From assembly GCA_965249485.1 (NCBI GenBank), contig CBDFMG010000005.1, positions 32,001-96,000 of the forward strand: a stretch of DNA of 64,000 nucleotides, given 5' to 3'. The stretch is from a bacterium (GTDB taxonomy: Bacteria > SM23-31). A program made the position numbers and the translations under genes. The notes below the pieces were generated by a model. That model saw nothing but the letters and a program-made list of their open reading frames with translations, was not told the origin of the DNA and did no database searches. Within the stretch, counting starts at the first letter, position 1; every line of letters begins with the position of its first letter. Below, piece after piece: positions 42,143 to 52,725 of this stretch.

Positions 42143-42436
42143 CCTTTTACATTAAAGGCAATTTTTTGTAATTTTTTTAGAGTGCTTTTACCTGCACTTG
42201 TGTTGTTTTGTTGAGCCATTGGCATCAACCTCCTATTATTCCAGTGTAACGTCTCTGGCAGTACGATTCCTATGTGAAATTATTTGTAGAATTATCTCTT
42301 TGAAATATTTCCGGAAAATAATTCCAGGAATTGAAAATCTGTTATGATTTTCTAATCAATCACACACCCATCCGCTGAGTCGGTTCATATAGAATGAATA
42401 AAATGGGTTTGGAGTGATATGCTCAGTCAAGAAAAA
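42143..42436 (-). repeat. Cassette header R2 (leader ORF 42112..42225)
   Basis: Repeat copy exactly 2000 bp from R1. Confidence 0.92.
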
Positions 42437-42995
42437 ATTCAAGAGTCAAGAATTTGATTCAGCTCTTGCCTTACTTTTTTGAGTGTCTTTTTGTGTTTTC
42501 TGGTTCGTATGGAATCCTGGGCATATCCAAGACTCTTTCGTGCATCAGATATTATCCTAGCTGGGTGTTTTTTTGATGATTCCATACCTGTTGTCTATGG
42601 TCTGCCTTGTTTTTGGTTTGAGAAATTTGAGTAACTTTTGTGATTTTCCAGCCTCAGCAAACAATCTACATAGTTCTGGATTACAGTTGTGTTCTGCAAG
42701 AGACTCCCTGTCTGATTTGTTCTGTAACATGTTCTTTGTCTATCTCTGAGATTTCATCAGCATTTATCACACCGTCTAGTTTTTCTCGAACTTCTCGAAG
42801 GGCCTCAAATTCTTCTTCTTCGGCGTTCATTTGAGCCTCTCATTTTCTAGCAATTCTTTTTGGTTTGAGTGTTTGATGTTTTCTAGGTCAGCTCCACTCA
42901 GATCAGCCTTCCGAAGGCAAGCTCCACCGGTTCTGGGGTATTTTGATGATCTGATCACTGTTTTGCACCAGAACATTGTAAAACCAATCAGGCAT

Positions 42996-43427
42996 TTAGA
43001 TCAATCCTCGGATATTTGTGAATGGCTGGTAGTTGCAGTTTTTGCAAATCCACAAGTCAAAGGTATCATCAGTCAGTGTCGGATCTTCTCTTTTGATGGT
43101 GTGAAATCCGTATTGATGAGAGCCACACTCAGGGCATCCGTTTTTAGGCCTTATCATTTCAAGTGCTTTGTGAAACGGAATTATTGGTGAGTGTATAAGC
43201 TCGGCTCCGTTTTTTTTGATATCTGCGATGTTGATATATCCCCATTCTGCCATTTCGTCATCGTTGAGATTGGCATATCCAAATGCCTCTTTTGTCTCGA
43301 TGTTCATTTCTGCAATACACCAAACAAAGTTGACAGATGGAATCACCCATATCTGATGGATTAGTTTTTGCTCAAATGGAGTTCCGTCAGTCTCATAGAG
43401 TTTTGGGATTCTGGTTTCAGGACTCAT
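42996..43427 (-). CDS. DUF2958-like protein with C-terminal zinc ribbon
   Basis: IPKLYETD, W.IAE, AFGYA, EWGY. Confidence 0.75.
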   Translation of the reverse strand: MSPETRIPKLYETDGTPFEQKLIHQIWVIPSVNFVWCIAEMNIETKEAFGYANLNDDEMAEWGYINIADIKKNGAELIHSPIIPFHKALEMIRPKNGCPECGSHQYGFHTIKREDPTLTDDTFDLWICKNCNYQPFTNIRGLI

Positions 43428-44014
43428 TGTGTGATCTCTTTGAATTTCTCAAAGTCTGGAATGTGGTCTTTCATGCCGTTTTCCTCCATGTTATGTCCAT
43501 AGAATCCATCGCAAGAATCCACGTATTCTTTGTGCTCGTGATTCATGTCACATTTTGATATTTTGGATATTACAAATCCATAAACATCACCTTGCAGATA
43601 TTGATCAAAGATTTTGATTTCATCTTTCAGAATTTTTTCTGCTTTCTCTATTATTTTCTTTGAGATTCTTTTGGTGTTGAATTCTTTACATAGTTTCTGT
43701 TTTGTGACGTAGATGAATCCAACCATTGATGAGTCCCATGGGTCATCGTATGGATATACTCTATCCCCACACGTCATGCTGATGTCACTGTGATCATAGA
43801 TGTATAAAGGCAAGCATACTGCCAAATCCTTTTGTTCTATACCTTTTGATTCCATGTATTTTTCCCATGAATCATCTATCTTCTCATCTCCAAGATTGTA
43901 TTGAGAATGAGCATATGCCATGGTTCCAATATTGTCACAGTCTCTTGGTGAGTCTAGGAATTCATCTTGCGTGATTTCAAGCACGGTATCTTTGTATTGT
44001 AGTATTTGTTTCAT
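43424..44014 (-). CDS. Phage/plasmid-type hypothetical protein
   Basis: SPR..DN.G, YDHS, WDS..VG, YL.GDVYG; start at 44014 after GGAGG. Confidence 0.75.
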   Translation of the reverse strand: MKQILQYKDTVLEITQDEFLDSPRDCDNIGTMAYAHSQYNLGDEKIDDSWEKYMESKGIEQKDLAVCLPLYIYDHSDISMTCGDRVYPYDDPWDSSMVGFIYVTKQKLCKEFNTKRISKKIIEKAEKILKDEIKIFDQYLQGDVYGFVISKISKCDMNHEHKEYVDSCDGFYGHNMEENGMKDHIPDFEKFKEITQ

Positions 44015-44037
44015 ATTTTCCTCCTTAAAGGACTGTA

Positions 44038-44332
44038 CCTTTTGCATTAAAGGCCGTATTTTGTAATTTGTTTAGAGTGCTTTTACCTGCACTTGTGTTG
44101 TTTTGTTGAGCCATTGGCATCAACCTCCTATTATTCCAGTGTAACGTCTCTGGCAGTACGATTCCTATGTGAAATTATTTGTAGAATTATCTCTTTGAAA
44201 TATTTCCGGAAAATAATTCCAGGAATTGAAAATCTGTTATGATTTTCTAATCAATCACACACCCATCCGCTGAGTCGGTTCATATAGAATGAATAAAATG
44301 GGTTTGGAGTGATATACTCAGTCAAGAAAAAA
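44038..44332 (-). repeat. Cassette header R3 (leader ORF 44025..44120)
   Basis: Repeat copy. Confidence 0.92.
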
Positions 44333-44335
44333 TTG

Positions 44336-44605
44336 TTAGTCTTTGCCGTAGACTGACTTGTGATCACCCACAACAACCAACAAAATAATCTGTTGGGGAT
44401 TAATCACTTTGTAGATTAATCTGTATGAACGATTAATCTCATAGGCAAAATATCCTTTGTATTTTCCTTTTTTTGGAATTCCAACTTTTGTAGGATATTC
44501 TGATTTTGCAAGAGTTATGATTGCATTGTCTGTCTTTTTTTGTAGTTCAGAAGATAGTTTCTTGTAGCTATTTTGAAAAAGTTTTGTTCTTTCTATAAAC
44601 CACAA
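44336..44605 (-). CDS. RelE/ParE-family toxin
   Basis: F.NSYKKL, SYRLIY, VGDHKSVY. Confidence 0.85.
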   Translation of the reverse strand: MWFIERTKLFQNSYKKLSSELQKKTDNAIITLAKSEYPTKVGIPKKGKYKGYFAYEINRSYRLIYKVINPQQIILLVVVGDHKSVYGKD

Positions 44606-44607
44606 GA

Positions 44608-44790
44608 CTATTCAGTTTTATGAAGATCTTCAATTAGTTCTTCAGGCGTGTTAAACATCTTAGGCTTGTCTTTACCTGACTCATACTGTTCAATTGCATA
44701 TTCTTCATCTGGCCAAAGATCCTCATCAGATGCTGCTTGTTTTTGCATATCTTTTGATATAGCCATCTTGCTATTAAGATTGCCCAACAT
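44608..44790 (-). CDS. Putative antitoxin
   Basis: Acidic, FNTPEELIEDL tail, directly upstream of toxin. Confidence 0.75.
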   Translation of the reverse strand: MLGNLNSKMAISKDMQKQAASDEDLWPDEEYAIEQYESGKDKPKMFNTPEELIEDLHKTE

Positions 44791-44961
44791 CTAACCTCTG
44801 AATCCTTTTGAGTACTTGGTTTCGAATGATGCAGTCTATGGTATTTCCTACGCCCGATGTTTTACCCTGGTTGATTTTGGCATATGCATACTCTGTGGCC
44901 TTTTCTGTAATGGATTCTAGAAGAACCTCAAAATATGGTTCATTCTGAAATAATTGTTTTT

Positions 44962-45387
44962 TTAGGTTTTTTGCTGAGCTTCTTGCAGATTTCTTTTTGC
45001 AAGCTCAAACTCCAACTCTTTTTTTTGGATGTTTTTTTGGTGCAATTTTTTGTGGATTGAAGGTTTTAGTTTTTCTAACTCGTGCATCATTACAGATGTC
45101 AGATCATCTTTGAAGTGCATCCAGGATGCAGGACATTCAGATTCAAAACAATTCATGAATTTCAATGTATCTTCGGGGTCTATAAAATATTCATTGTAGA
45201 ACTGTCTCCTGTTATAATGAGCAATGAATCCACAATGCAGATGAAGATGTTGGTATAGCGCATCTGTAAAGTTGCCCTTTTTGAATCCGGACTTTATGAA
45301 CCTGCACCAGTTTTTGAGAATCTTTTCTTTTTGTTGTTTTGAAAGAAATTTCTCGTCTTTAAAGATTGGATGTTCTATTTCACTCAA
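44962..45387 (-). CDS. Hypothetical protein
   Basis: FT.ALYQHL..HCGFIAHYN...FY..YF. Confidence 0.75.
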   Translation of the reverse strand: MSEIEHPIFKDEKFLSKQQKEKILKNWCRFIKSGFKKGNFTDALYQHLHLHCGFIAHYNRRQFYNEYFIDPEDTLKFMNCFESECPASWMHFKDDLTSVMMHELEKLKPSIHKKLHQKNIQKKELEFELAKRNLQEAQQKT

Positions 45388-45913
45388 GTTTGAAGATCTC
45401 CTTTATGATGTTTCTGGCTTCTATCAATCCATAAGCTTGAGATTCGTATGGATTGTTCCACTGTTGAGACTCGGGGGCTGCACCTTCCGAAAGTTTGTCA
45501 TCGAATCTTTCAGCTGCATCCTGATTTTTGTTAATAAGTTTTTTCAGTTTGCTGAGACATTTTGCAACTTCTTTTGGGGCTTTGCTGAATCTCCAATAGT
45601 CTCCATCAAAATCCCATGAACCAAGTTTTGGTTTTGACAGTCCATCATATTTCATTGGAGTAAATTTTTTGTCTTGGACTACGGCATAGATTCCAGTTCT
45701 GTTTACAAGATGAAATCCCCTATCCATGTAGAGTTTTCCAGTATATCCTTCAACCTCAGTATAGATTTGTCTAACTAGTGGGGCTTCTTCTAACCATTGG
45801 ACTGCATCAGAGCGTTCTTCAAAAAGTCTGAACTTGTCACTGAATGTCTTTTCAAACTTATTCCAGGTCATTAATTCTGGATAGGTTCCAGCATCTTCTT
45901 TTGAAAGAGTCAT
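45380..45913 (-). CDS. Hypothetical protein
   Basis: 177 aa, GFHLVNR.G motif. Confidence 0.7.
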   Translation of the reverse strand: MTLSKEDAGTYPELMTWNKFEKTFSDKFRLFEERSDAVQWLEEAPLVRQIYTEVEGYTGKLYMDRGFHLVNRTGIYAVVQDKKFTPMKYDGLSKPKLGSWDFDGDYWRFSKAPKEVAKCLSKLKKLINKNQDAAERFDDKLSEGAAPESQQWNNPYESQAYGLIEARNIIKEIFKLE

Positions 45914-46067
45914 AATCCTCTTACCTGCTCAGATACAGTTTTTGCAGTTACGCTGTGTTCCTTTGCGAGTTGGAGTAGGTATTGAATCACGACATTCTTT
46001 TGTCGTCCTTTTGGTCTTAGTGTTTCCAATCTTTTGAAATTCTTGTCTGAAACTGTCCAGTATTCCA

Positions 46068-46478
46068 TTAATATCTACACCCTACGAGTAGATACTTTTC
46101 GTCTACATTAGTTTGGATGAATTCTTCAAAAGATCCACTCCAAACAGTTTCTAAACTTTTATATCCTTGTCTCACTGTTGTTTTTTGAGATTCTACATTG
46201 ACTTCAACAAGCCATTCAATATCACCATGTTGGCATGTTCCAATTCCATAGCCTGTGCTTTGATGTCTTTGTTTCTCTGTTTCTGTTTCATCCCATCCTT
46301 CATATTTACCGGCGTCCACCATTGTATCGAAGATTATTCTTGTCAAATATTCTTCGTCATCCCATCTCGCTTTATTTTTTAAAGCAGTTTGAATTTCTTG
46401 TGGTAAGTCATATCCATCCCAATGCTGATAGAGATAAACACCACTGTTTACCATGTGGACTTGAGATCTAGTTCCCAT
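46068..46478 (-). CDS. Phage/plasmid-type hypothetical protein
   Basis: MGTRS...YQHWDGY. Confidence 0.75.
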   Translation of the reverse strand: MGTRSQVHMVNSGVYLYQHWDGYDLPQEIQTALKNKARWDDEEYLTRIIFDTMVDAGKYEGWDETETEKQRHQSTGYGIGTCQHGDIEWLVEVNVESQKTTVRQGYKSLETVWSGSFEEFIQTNVDEKYLLVGCRY

Positions 46479-46499
46479 TATTCTTCAACTCCTACTGTA

Positions 46500-46793
46500 C
46501 CTTTTGCATTAAAGGCCGTATTTTGTAATTTGTTTAGAGTGCTTTTACCTGCACTTGTGTTGTTTTGTTGAGCCATTGGCATCAACCTCCTATTATTCCA
46601 GTGTAACGTCTCTGGCAGTACGATTCCTATGTGAAATTATTTGTAGAATTATCTCTTTGAAATATTTCCGGAAAATAATTCCAGGAATTGAAAATCTGTT
46701 ATGATTTTCTAATCAATCACACACCCATCCGCTGAGTCGGTCATCAATTGATGAATAAAATGGGTTTGGATCAGTAGACTCAGTCAAGAAAAA
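46500..46793 (-). repeat. Cassette header R4 (leader ORF 46478..46582)
   Basis: Repeat copy. Confidence 0.92.
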
Positions 46794-46806
46794 TATTCAG
46801 CTTTAC

Positions 46807-47205
46807 TTATTTAAGCTGCCGAACTTGTGTCTTGAAAAGCCATCGTTTTAAATGATTCAGAGTTTCGTAATCCTCTTCATGCATCTTTTCCATTGGTCTG
46901 TCCAAAATCTTTTTGATGTCGTAGAACTTTGAGAACACATACAGATAGATCTTGTGCCATTGATGAGGAAATGGATTTGAAAAACTCATTGTATGTAGAT
47001 ACACCATTGCCTCATAATCTGTGGCCATTTTATCTGAGACGTCTTTTGTGAATGCAAGTCTGTACAGATTCACCTTTTCAGACATGTCTTTTGTTATGGC
47101 ATCCTCATATCCTGGTGCCGTAATGATTGGTGCCCGAAAGACATAATCTAAATGTTCAATGAATTTTTTTTTTGCCTTCTTTTCAGAATTATTCGACATC
47201 GGCAA
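46807..47205 (-). CDS. Hypothetical protein
   Basis: ATDYEA..YL motif, 132 aa. Confidence 0.7.
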   Translation of the reverse strand: MPMSNNSEKKAKKKFIEHLDYVFRAPIITAPGYEDAITKDMSEKVNLYRLAFTKDVSDKMATDYEAMVYLHTMSFSNPFPHQWHKIYLYVFSKFYDIKKILDRPMEKMHEEDYETLNHLKRWLFKTQVRQLK

Positions 47206-47339
47206 AAAGATAACTCAATATGATGCTACCATATCTTGGACATACGATACGAAATGTATCTGACTTGAATTCTTGGGAGTGCTGCTTATGGCATAGTTGT
47301 TTTTGAGGTCTGACCAGTTATCTGACATTTGTTCTTCCT

Positions 47340-48902
47340 CTAGTAACAGAACAACTCTTCTTTCATCAAGAGTCGCACCTGCTTTGAGCTCATTTCGTTG
47401 AGTTCTGTTGTGCCTATGTTGAGTTCTTTTGTGACCTGTTCTCTGTTTCTTGGAGATGTGTTTTTCCAGTATTGCACAAATCTTTCATGAAGAATTTCTG
47501 CACACTCTTCTATCTTGTACTTCTTGCACGCCTGTTTGTATTCTTCATGTACGTCCTCGTATCTCCCAAAGAATTCTTTGAGAATTTTTTTAAGGCTGTG
47601 TGTCTTGTGGTATTTTTTTGCATCCTCAATTGCACTAAAGTGCCTTATCGCTGAGAGGATGTCTATTCCCCATGCGTCTATATGTACGCCATAGCTGTGT
47701 GGAAGTTTCAATATTTCATCGTCTCTATCATTGCTGCCTAGTTTTGATTTGCCTGCGACAATAATGGAGTACTTGTTCTTTGGTCTGTCATTTTCTGCAA
47801 CGTAAAGACGTAGTTCCATGCAGTCGTCTTTGTATGTCTCTATTGTTTCAAGATGTCTGTCTCCGTGATTGGTGATTTCATCCAGTGGTTTGCAGTCAAG
47901 CTGTTCTTCTTGCATTTTTAGGAAATAGATTGTTCTGTCAAGTGCTGTCTTGGCCTTTGCAAGCTCGTCTGTCTTCTGGTCTGCCTCTTTTTGTGCATCA
48001 TCGATTTTGTTTGCAATCTTTTCAGTCTCCCTGTATTTTTGACTTTCAAGATCATTGATTGTATTGTCGTATCTGTCCTTGATTTCTGCAATCTCTTGTT
48101 CTTTTTGGTCTCTGAATTTTTCTTGTTCTGTTTGTATTGCTTTTATCTCGACTTGGTTTTTACGACATTCTGAAATCATTGCCTCTGCGCTTGCAGGATC
48201 CAGTGGGGTAGATTCACCATCATCTAGTTTGAATCCTCTTCCATATCCCAAGAAGTGATGGCACAGCTGCATTGCCTCATGCCAGTTTTCCATTGTTCCG
48301 TCTGATTGGATGAGGATTTGCTCACCAAGATAGTGTTTTGCAATGACTAGACACACCGTTACTGCCAAGTCGTATGGCTTGTATGCAGTCTTTGTACACT
48401 GGGAATACTTTCCAACCTCGTTTGCAGGATTCTTGTCTCTGGTCCCATCTTGATGTGTGACTACAGAATATTCTCCTTGTGGTTCTAACTCGTATGCGCT
48501 GTCGTCGTATCCGGTCATAGTGGTTTTAAGTTTTTGCTCAAGTGCGAATGTCTCATGAGAGCAGTCTCCTCCACACGCCCTTGTTTGCAATTCAGCTCCT
48601 GCAAACCAGTCTGATTTTGTTATCTCTTCTAGTTGTGTATCTGTGTTATTTTTTGATATTCCAGAAGCTTTGCTGCTTGGCCATGTTATGCCGAGACCTC
48701 TTTTTGGGTGGCCGCACTTTGCCAGTCCGTTGAATCGGATCTCAGTTGGTGAAATTAGCGGATGGTTCTCACCAAGACCGTCTGCGAGAACCACTCCTAG
48801 ATGTTTGAGTGGCGTTATCATCTTTTTAAAGTCTGTTGCAACTTTTGCAAATAACCCTGCATCAAACTCTTTTGCGACGTAATAATAGTGGGTGTATCCC
48901 AT
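47340..48902 (-). CDS. Phage/plasmid-type protein with central coiled coil
   Basis: MGYTHY, IRFNG, HETF, KTAYKPYD..V, SDG. Confidence 0.8.
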   Translation of the reverse strand: MGYTHYYYVAKEFDAGLFAKVATDFKKMITPLKHLGVVLADGLGENHPLISPTEIRFNGLAKCGHPKRGLGITWPSSKASGISKNNTDTQLEEITKSDWFAGAELQTRACGGDCSHETFALEQKLKTTMTGYDDSAYELEPQGEYSVVTHQDGTRDKNPANEVGKYSQCTKTAYKPYDLAVTVCLVIAKHYLGEQILIQSDGTMENWHEAMQLCHHFLGYGRGFKLDDGESTPLDPASAEAMISECRKNQVEIKAIQTEQEKFRDQKEQEIAEIKDRYDNTINDLESQKYRETEKIANKIDDAQKEADQKTDELAKAKTALDRTIYFLKMQEEQLDCKPLDEITNHGDRHLETIETYKDDCMELRLYVAENDRPKNKYSIIVAGKSKLGSNDRDDEILKLPHSYGVHIDAWGIDILSAIRHFSAIEDAKKYHKTHSLKKILKEFFGRYEDVHEEYKQACKKYKIEECAEILHERFVQYWKNTSPRNREQVTKELNIGTTELNEMSSKQVRLLMKEELFCY

Positions 48903-48926
48903 TAGTATCTATCGCCTTTGTAAGCG

Positions 48927-49386
48927 CCTTTTGCATTAAAGGCCGTATTTTGTGAATTGATTATAGTACTTTCACTTGCACTTGTGTTGTTTTGTTGAGC
49001 CATTGGCATCAACCTCCTATTATTCCAGTGTAACGTCTCTGGCAGTACGATTCCTATGTGAAATTATTTGTAGAATTATCTCTTTGAAATATTTCCGGAA
49101 AATAATTCCAGGAATTGAAAATCTGTTATGATTTTCTAATCAATCACACACCCATCCGCTGAGTCGGTTCATATAGAATGAAAATAATGGGTTTGCCCCC
49201 ATCATCATTACGATTCCTATGTGAAATTATTTGTAGAATTATCTCTTTGAAATATTTCCGGAAAATAATTCCAGGAATTGAAAATCTGTTATGATTTTCT
49301 AATCAATCACACACCCATCCGCTGAGTCGGTTCATATAGAATGAAAATAATGGGTTTGGAGTGATATGCTCAGTCAAGAAAAAAAT
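48927..49386 (-). repeat. Cassette header R5 (leader ORF 48902..49009) with partial tandem copy R6
   Basis: Repeat copy; 49210..49386 duplicates the structured half. Confidence 0.9.
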
Positions 49387-49599
49387 GCTTCCGGAAACAC
49401 TCATTTCAAATCACTTGAAATGATCTTAGAAGTTTGGAGATGTTGTTGCATGACATCAAAATTGTTTTGCATGTCACTCTATTTGCCACTTCCAATCATC
49501 TAGATTTTTTTGTATTAAAGTCATGGTTTTCCTCCTAAAACTTCTTGGAGTCTTTTTGTCCTATGTCAAGTGTTGATGCTGGTGTTTTTCCCGGTATGG

Positions 49600-50040
49600 T
49601 CAAGGAACTACCCTCGATATCATTTGTTCTTTTTCACAATTGCATGAATTGTATCTGCTGCCAAGCCAGCTTGTGGCACAAAAGATTACAGTGTTGCATT
49701 TTTTACAATATGCCAGGTATTCTCCAGTCTTTTTGATCCTGATGTATCCAACATCTTTTGGTCTTTTTTCTGAGAAATGTATTCCATCATACCACAACAC
49801 TCCTTCGTATCGTGATACCTGATACACAGCAAATGTGTTCTCAGATATGTATTCTACAAGTCTGTTATCTTCTCTGACTTTGTGGAACTGTGGCAATCTA
49901 TCTATTTCTTGGGAGTTTTGAATGTTCTCAAAATTGCAGACAAATCTACCAACTTCCTCGTTTGTCAGACTATCAAATGACTCTGTGATGTCTTGTTTTT
50001 CTGGAAGTCTTGCTGGAATTAGAATGGTTTTCATCATCAT
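49600..50040 (-). CDS. Hypothetical protein with C-terminal Cys cluster
   Basis: 146-aa ORF. Confidence 0.6.
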   Translation of the reverse strand: MMMKTILIPARLPEKQDITESFDSLTNEEVGRFVCNFENIQNSQEIDRLPQFHKVREDNRLVEYISENTFAVYQVSRYEGVLWYDGIHFSEKRPKDVGYIRIKKTGEYLAYCKKCNTVIFCATSWLGSRYNSCNCEKEQMISRVVP

Positions 50041-50083
50041 TCCTTACCGTTTGCTTTGAATTGTACTGTACAACGAGTTTCCG

Positions 50084-50818
50084 TTAGTTTGTCATCTCGC
50101 ATAAGAATTTTTGACAGAGTTGTTCTCTGATGGTATGCTGTATTACACTATTTGAAGGAACTGCAAATCCATCCATCTTTTTGATGTTTGCAATTTCTGC
50201 CAGCATTGACTCTCCAAATGATTCAAGCCACATTACGCCGCTCTCAGATACACGTGTGACTATTCTCGGTTTGTTCTCGGATGCAACAGATGACATTCCA
50301 GCTAGTTTGGAAGTTATTCCAGTTGCACGGTATTGTTTTACTCGTCTGGATAGAACTCTATCTGTTTTCACAGCTGCTGCAATGTCTGCTTTTGCAAACT
50401 GCGTCTCGAGGAATTCTGCATCCCATGACTCTACTGGTTTGGTATGAAATCTCTCTCTTGAAATAAGGTATTCACCACAGGAGCAATGTGTGATGTTTGC
50501 CTGTCTTTTCCAATTCTTGCATTTTTTACAGTATGTGGCTTTTTCTGTTTTTATTGAATCTGCATCTACTGATTCAAATTCCAGGGGCATTGAATTGTGG
50601 AATTTCTTTACGGGCATCTTAAAGATGTCTAGTTTGCCGTTTTTCATTACAGCAATTGTTCCCTCTTTGATTCGGAACTGAATCAGTGATTTGTTGGAGC
50701 GATCATATTTTACATGACCTCCGCATCCTTGAGCTTCTAATTCTTGCTCAAGGTATTTTTTCACCAAAAGTGATTTTTGTGTTTTGGATTTTTGTGCTTG
50801 TATTGTTTCACGTTTCAT
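50084..50818 (-). CDS. Hypothetical protein with zinc ribbon
   Basis: CKKC...CSCG; AGGTG SD upstream. Confidence 0.7.
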   Translation of the reverse strand: MKRETIQAQKSKTQKSLLVKKYLEQELEAQGCGGHVKYDRSNKSLIQFRIKEGTIAVMKNGKLDIFKMPVKKFHNSMPLEFESVDADSIKTEKATYCKKCKNWKRQANITHCSCGEYLISRERFHTKPVESWDAEFLETQFAKADIAAAVKTDRVLSRRVKQYRATGITSKLAGMSSVASENKPRIVTRVSESGVMWLESFGESMLAEIANIKKMDGFAVPSNSVIQHTIREQLCQKFLCEMTN

Positions 50819-51505
50819 ATTTTTTCACCTTCCTTTTTCCAACAGCTGCCTGCAATAGGTAGTGATGATTCTATCCGTAGGTATGCGACGTCGTCACCAG
50901 ACACAGCTTACGCTGTACGTTAAAAAAATATCAGATCTGGTGTGCGTGTTTCCTCGTTATCCAATCGGGAATCCACGCTACTGTCTTATCCTTTATCGAT
51001 AAGAACATATGATTTCTATGCGGACGTGTTGTTCTGAACTGTAGTTGTTGCTTTTGGAAAAATTATTTTCTGTAATTATTCATTACAGTTGTTTCACTCA
51101 CCAGCCTTCCAAGTTTCAACATGAATGAAATTTCAGTTGAAGTAACACTTGGTTTGTCAAATAGACTAGGCAAGATTTCAATCTGAATTTTTTCCAAGGA
51201 TAAAATCTTTGGAATAAATTTCAGACTGCGGTCTAATGATCTTTCAATTTTTGAAAGACCCATATCTGACTTTCATTTCTGAAAGCATCTCACATTGTTT
51301 GTGGTTTGTTTGAACCTGTGTCAGTAAAAACAGACTTTGTGATCATTGATGTTATTGAAATTTCTCTTTGTGAGATAGATGCCTTTTGCATCTGTAGCCT
51401 TTCCCACACCGGCCTGCCTGTCAGTGCACAGTTTTCACTATGCATGTTGCCGGGTTTGGAAGGATTGTCAGGTCACATAAAAAAATATTTAGGTTTTTGA
51501 AAAAC

Positions 51506-51964
51506 TCAGTCCTTGTTTTGAAGTATCTTGATTATTGTGTTCTGAGACTCGGCTATTCTTTCCAGAATTTCTTGGTTTTTTTCCAGAATTTTTTGGTTTT
51601 TTTCCAGAATTTTTTGGTTTTTTTCCAGAATTTTTTGGTTTTTTTCCAGAAATTCTTGGTTTTTTTCCAGAAATTCTTGGTCTTGCCTTCCAACCTCGCG
51701 CACTGCCTCCTTTAGGCTTCCGCCGACATCAAACGTTGTCCAGGACATCAACATACCTACAAAGCCTACAATAATAAAGGCTATGCCCTGGTTCAGTAGA
51801 CGCTGATCAACAGTTTGGCTTGTAGCAATCAGGAACACCCCGACTATTATCATGGCCACGAATATGATCTGCTGTCTTCTTATCAGACTGGTTCTTATTT
51901 TGCTTCTTGTGTTTTTGTCTGTCATATTTTTTAGTGCCCTCGCAAGCACCTCTGCCTTTCCCAC
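51506..51964 (-). CDS. Two-TM membrane protein with NQKILEK heptad repeats (paralog 1)
   Basis: 21-nt tandem repeats; start may be MTDK. Confidence 0.7.
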   Translation of the reverse strand: MGKAEVLARALKNMTDKNTRSKIRTSLIRRQQIIFVAMIIVGVFLIATSQTVDQRLLNQGIAFIIVGFVGMLMSWTTFDVGGSLKEAVREVGRQDQEFLEKNQEFLEKNQKILEKNQKILEKNQKILEKNQEILERIAESQNTIIKILQNKD

Positions 51965-52045
51965 ACCGGCCTGCCTGTCAGTGCACAGTTTTCACTATGC
52001 ATGTTGCCGGGTTTGGAAGGATTGTCAGGTCACATAAAAAAATAT

Positions 52046-52441
52046 TTAGGTTTTTGAAAAACTCAGTCCTTGTTTTAAAGTATCTTTGGCTATTCTTTCC
52101 TGAATTTCTTGGCTTTGCTTTACACTACTGAGCAGTTCCTCTTTGGTTTGCATTACTATCTCGTGCATTCCTTCCTTTAGGCTTCCGCCGACATCAAACA
52201 TTGTCCAGGATATCGACATAACTACCCACATACCTACAAAGCCTACAATAATAAAGGCTATGCCCTGGTTCAGTAGACGCTGATCAACAGTTTGGCTTGT
52301 AGCAATCAGGAACACCCCGACTATTATCATGGCCACGAATATGATCTGCTGTCTTCTTATCAGACTGGTTCTTATTTTGCTTCTTGTGTTTTTGTCTGTC
52401 ATATTTTTTAGTGCCCTCGCAAGCACCTCTGCCTTTCCCAC
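52046..52441 (-). CDS. Two-TM membrane protein (paralog 2, different tail)
   Basis: Identical N-terminus to paralog 1. Confidence 0.65.
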   Translation of the reverse strand: MGKAEVLARALKNMTDKNTRSKIRTSLIRRQQIIFVAMIIVGVFLIATSQTVDQRLLNQGIAFIIVGFVGMWVVMSISWTMFDVGGSLKEGMHEIVMQTKEELLSSVKQSQEIQERIAKDTLKQGLSFSKT

Positions 52442-52496
52442 ACCGGCCTGCCTGTCAGTGCACAGTTTTCACTATGCATGTTGCCGGGTTTGGAAA

Positions 52497-52725
52497 GTAT
52501 GTCGGACATCAACATACCTACAAAGCCTACAATAATAAAGGCTATGCCCTGGTTCAGTAGACGCTGATCAACAGTTTGGCTTGTAGCAATCAGGAACACC
52601 CCGACTATTATCATGGCCACGAATATGATCTGCTGTCTTCTTATCAGACTGGTTCTTATTTTGCTTCTTGTGTTTTTGTCTGTCATATTTTTTAGTGCCC
52701 TCGCAAGCACCTCTGCCTTTCCCAC
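52497..52725 (-). pseudogene. Two-TM membrane protein (paralog 3, tail deleted)
   Basis: Identity ends at GMLMS, then reads into the next motif copy. Confidence 0.55.

Noticed and set aside
40143..49386. Headers as integron attC sites or DGR template/variable repeats
   Set aside because: No integrase or reverse transcriptase seen, no GTTRRRY-type ends, no adenine-specific variation.
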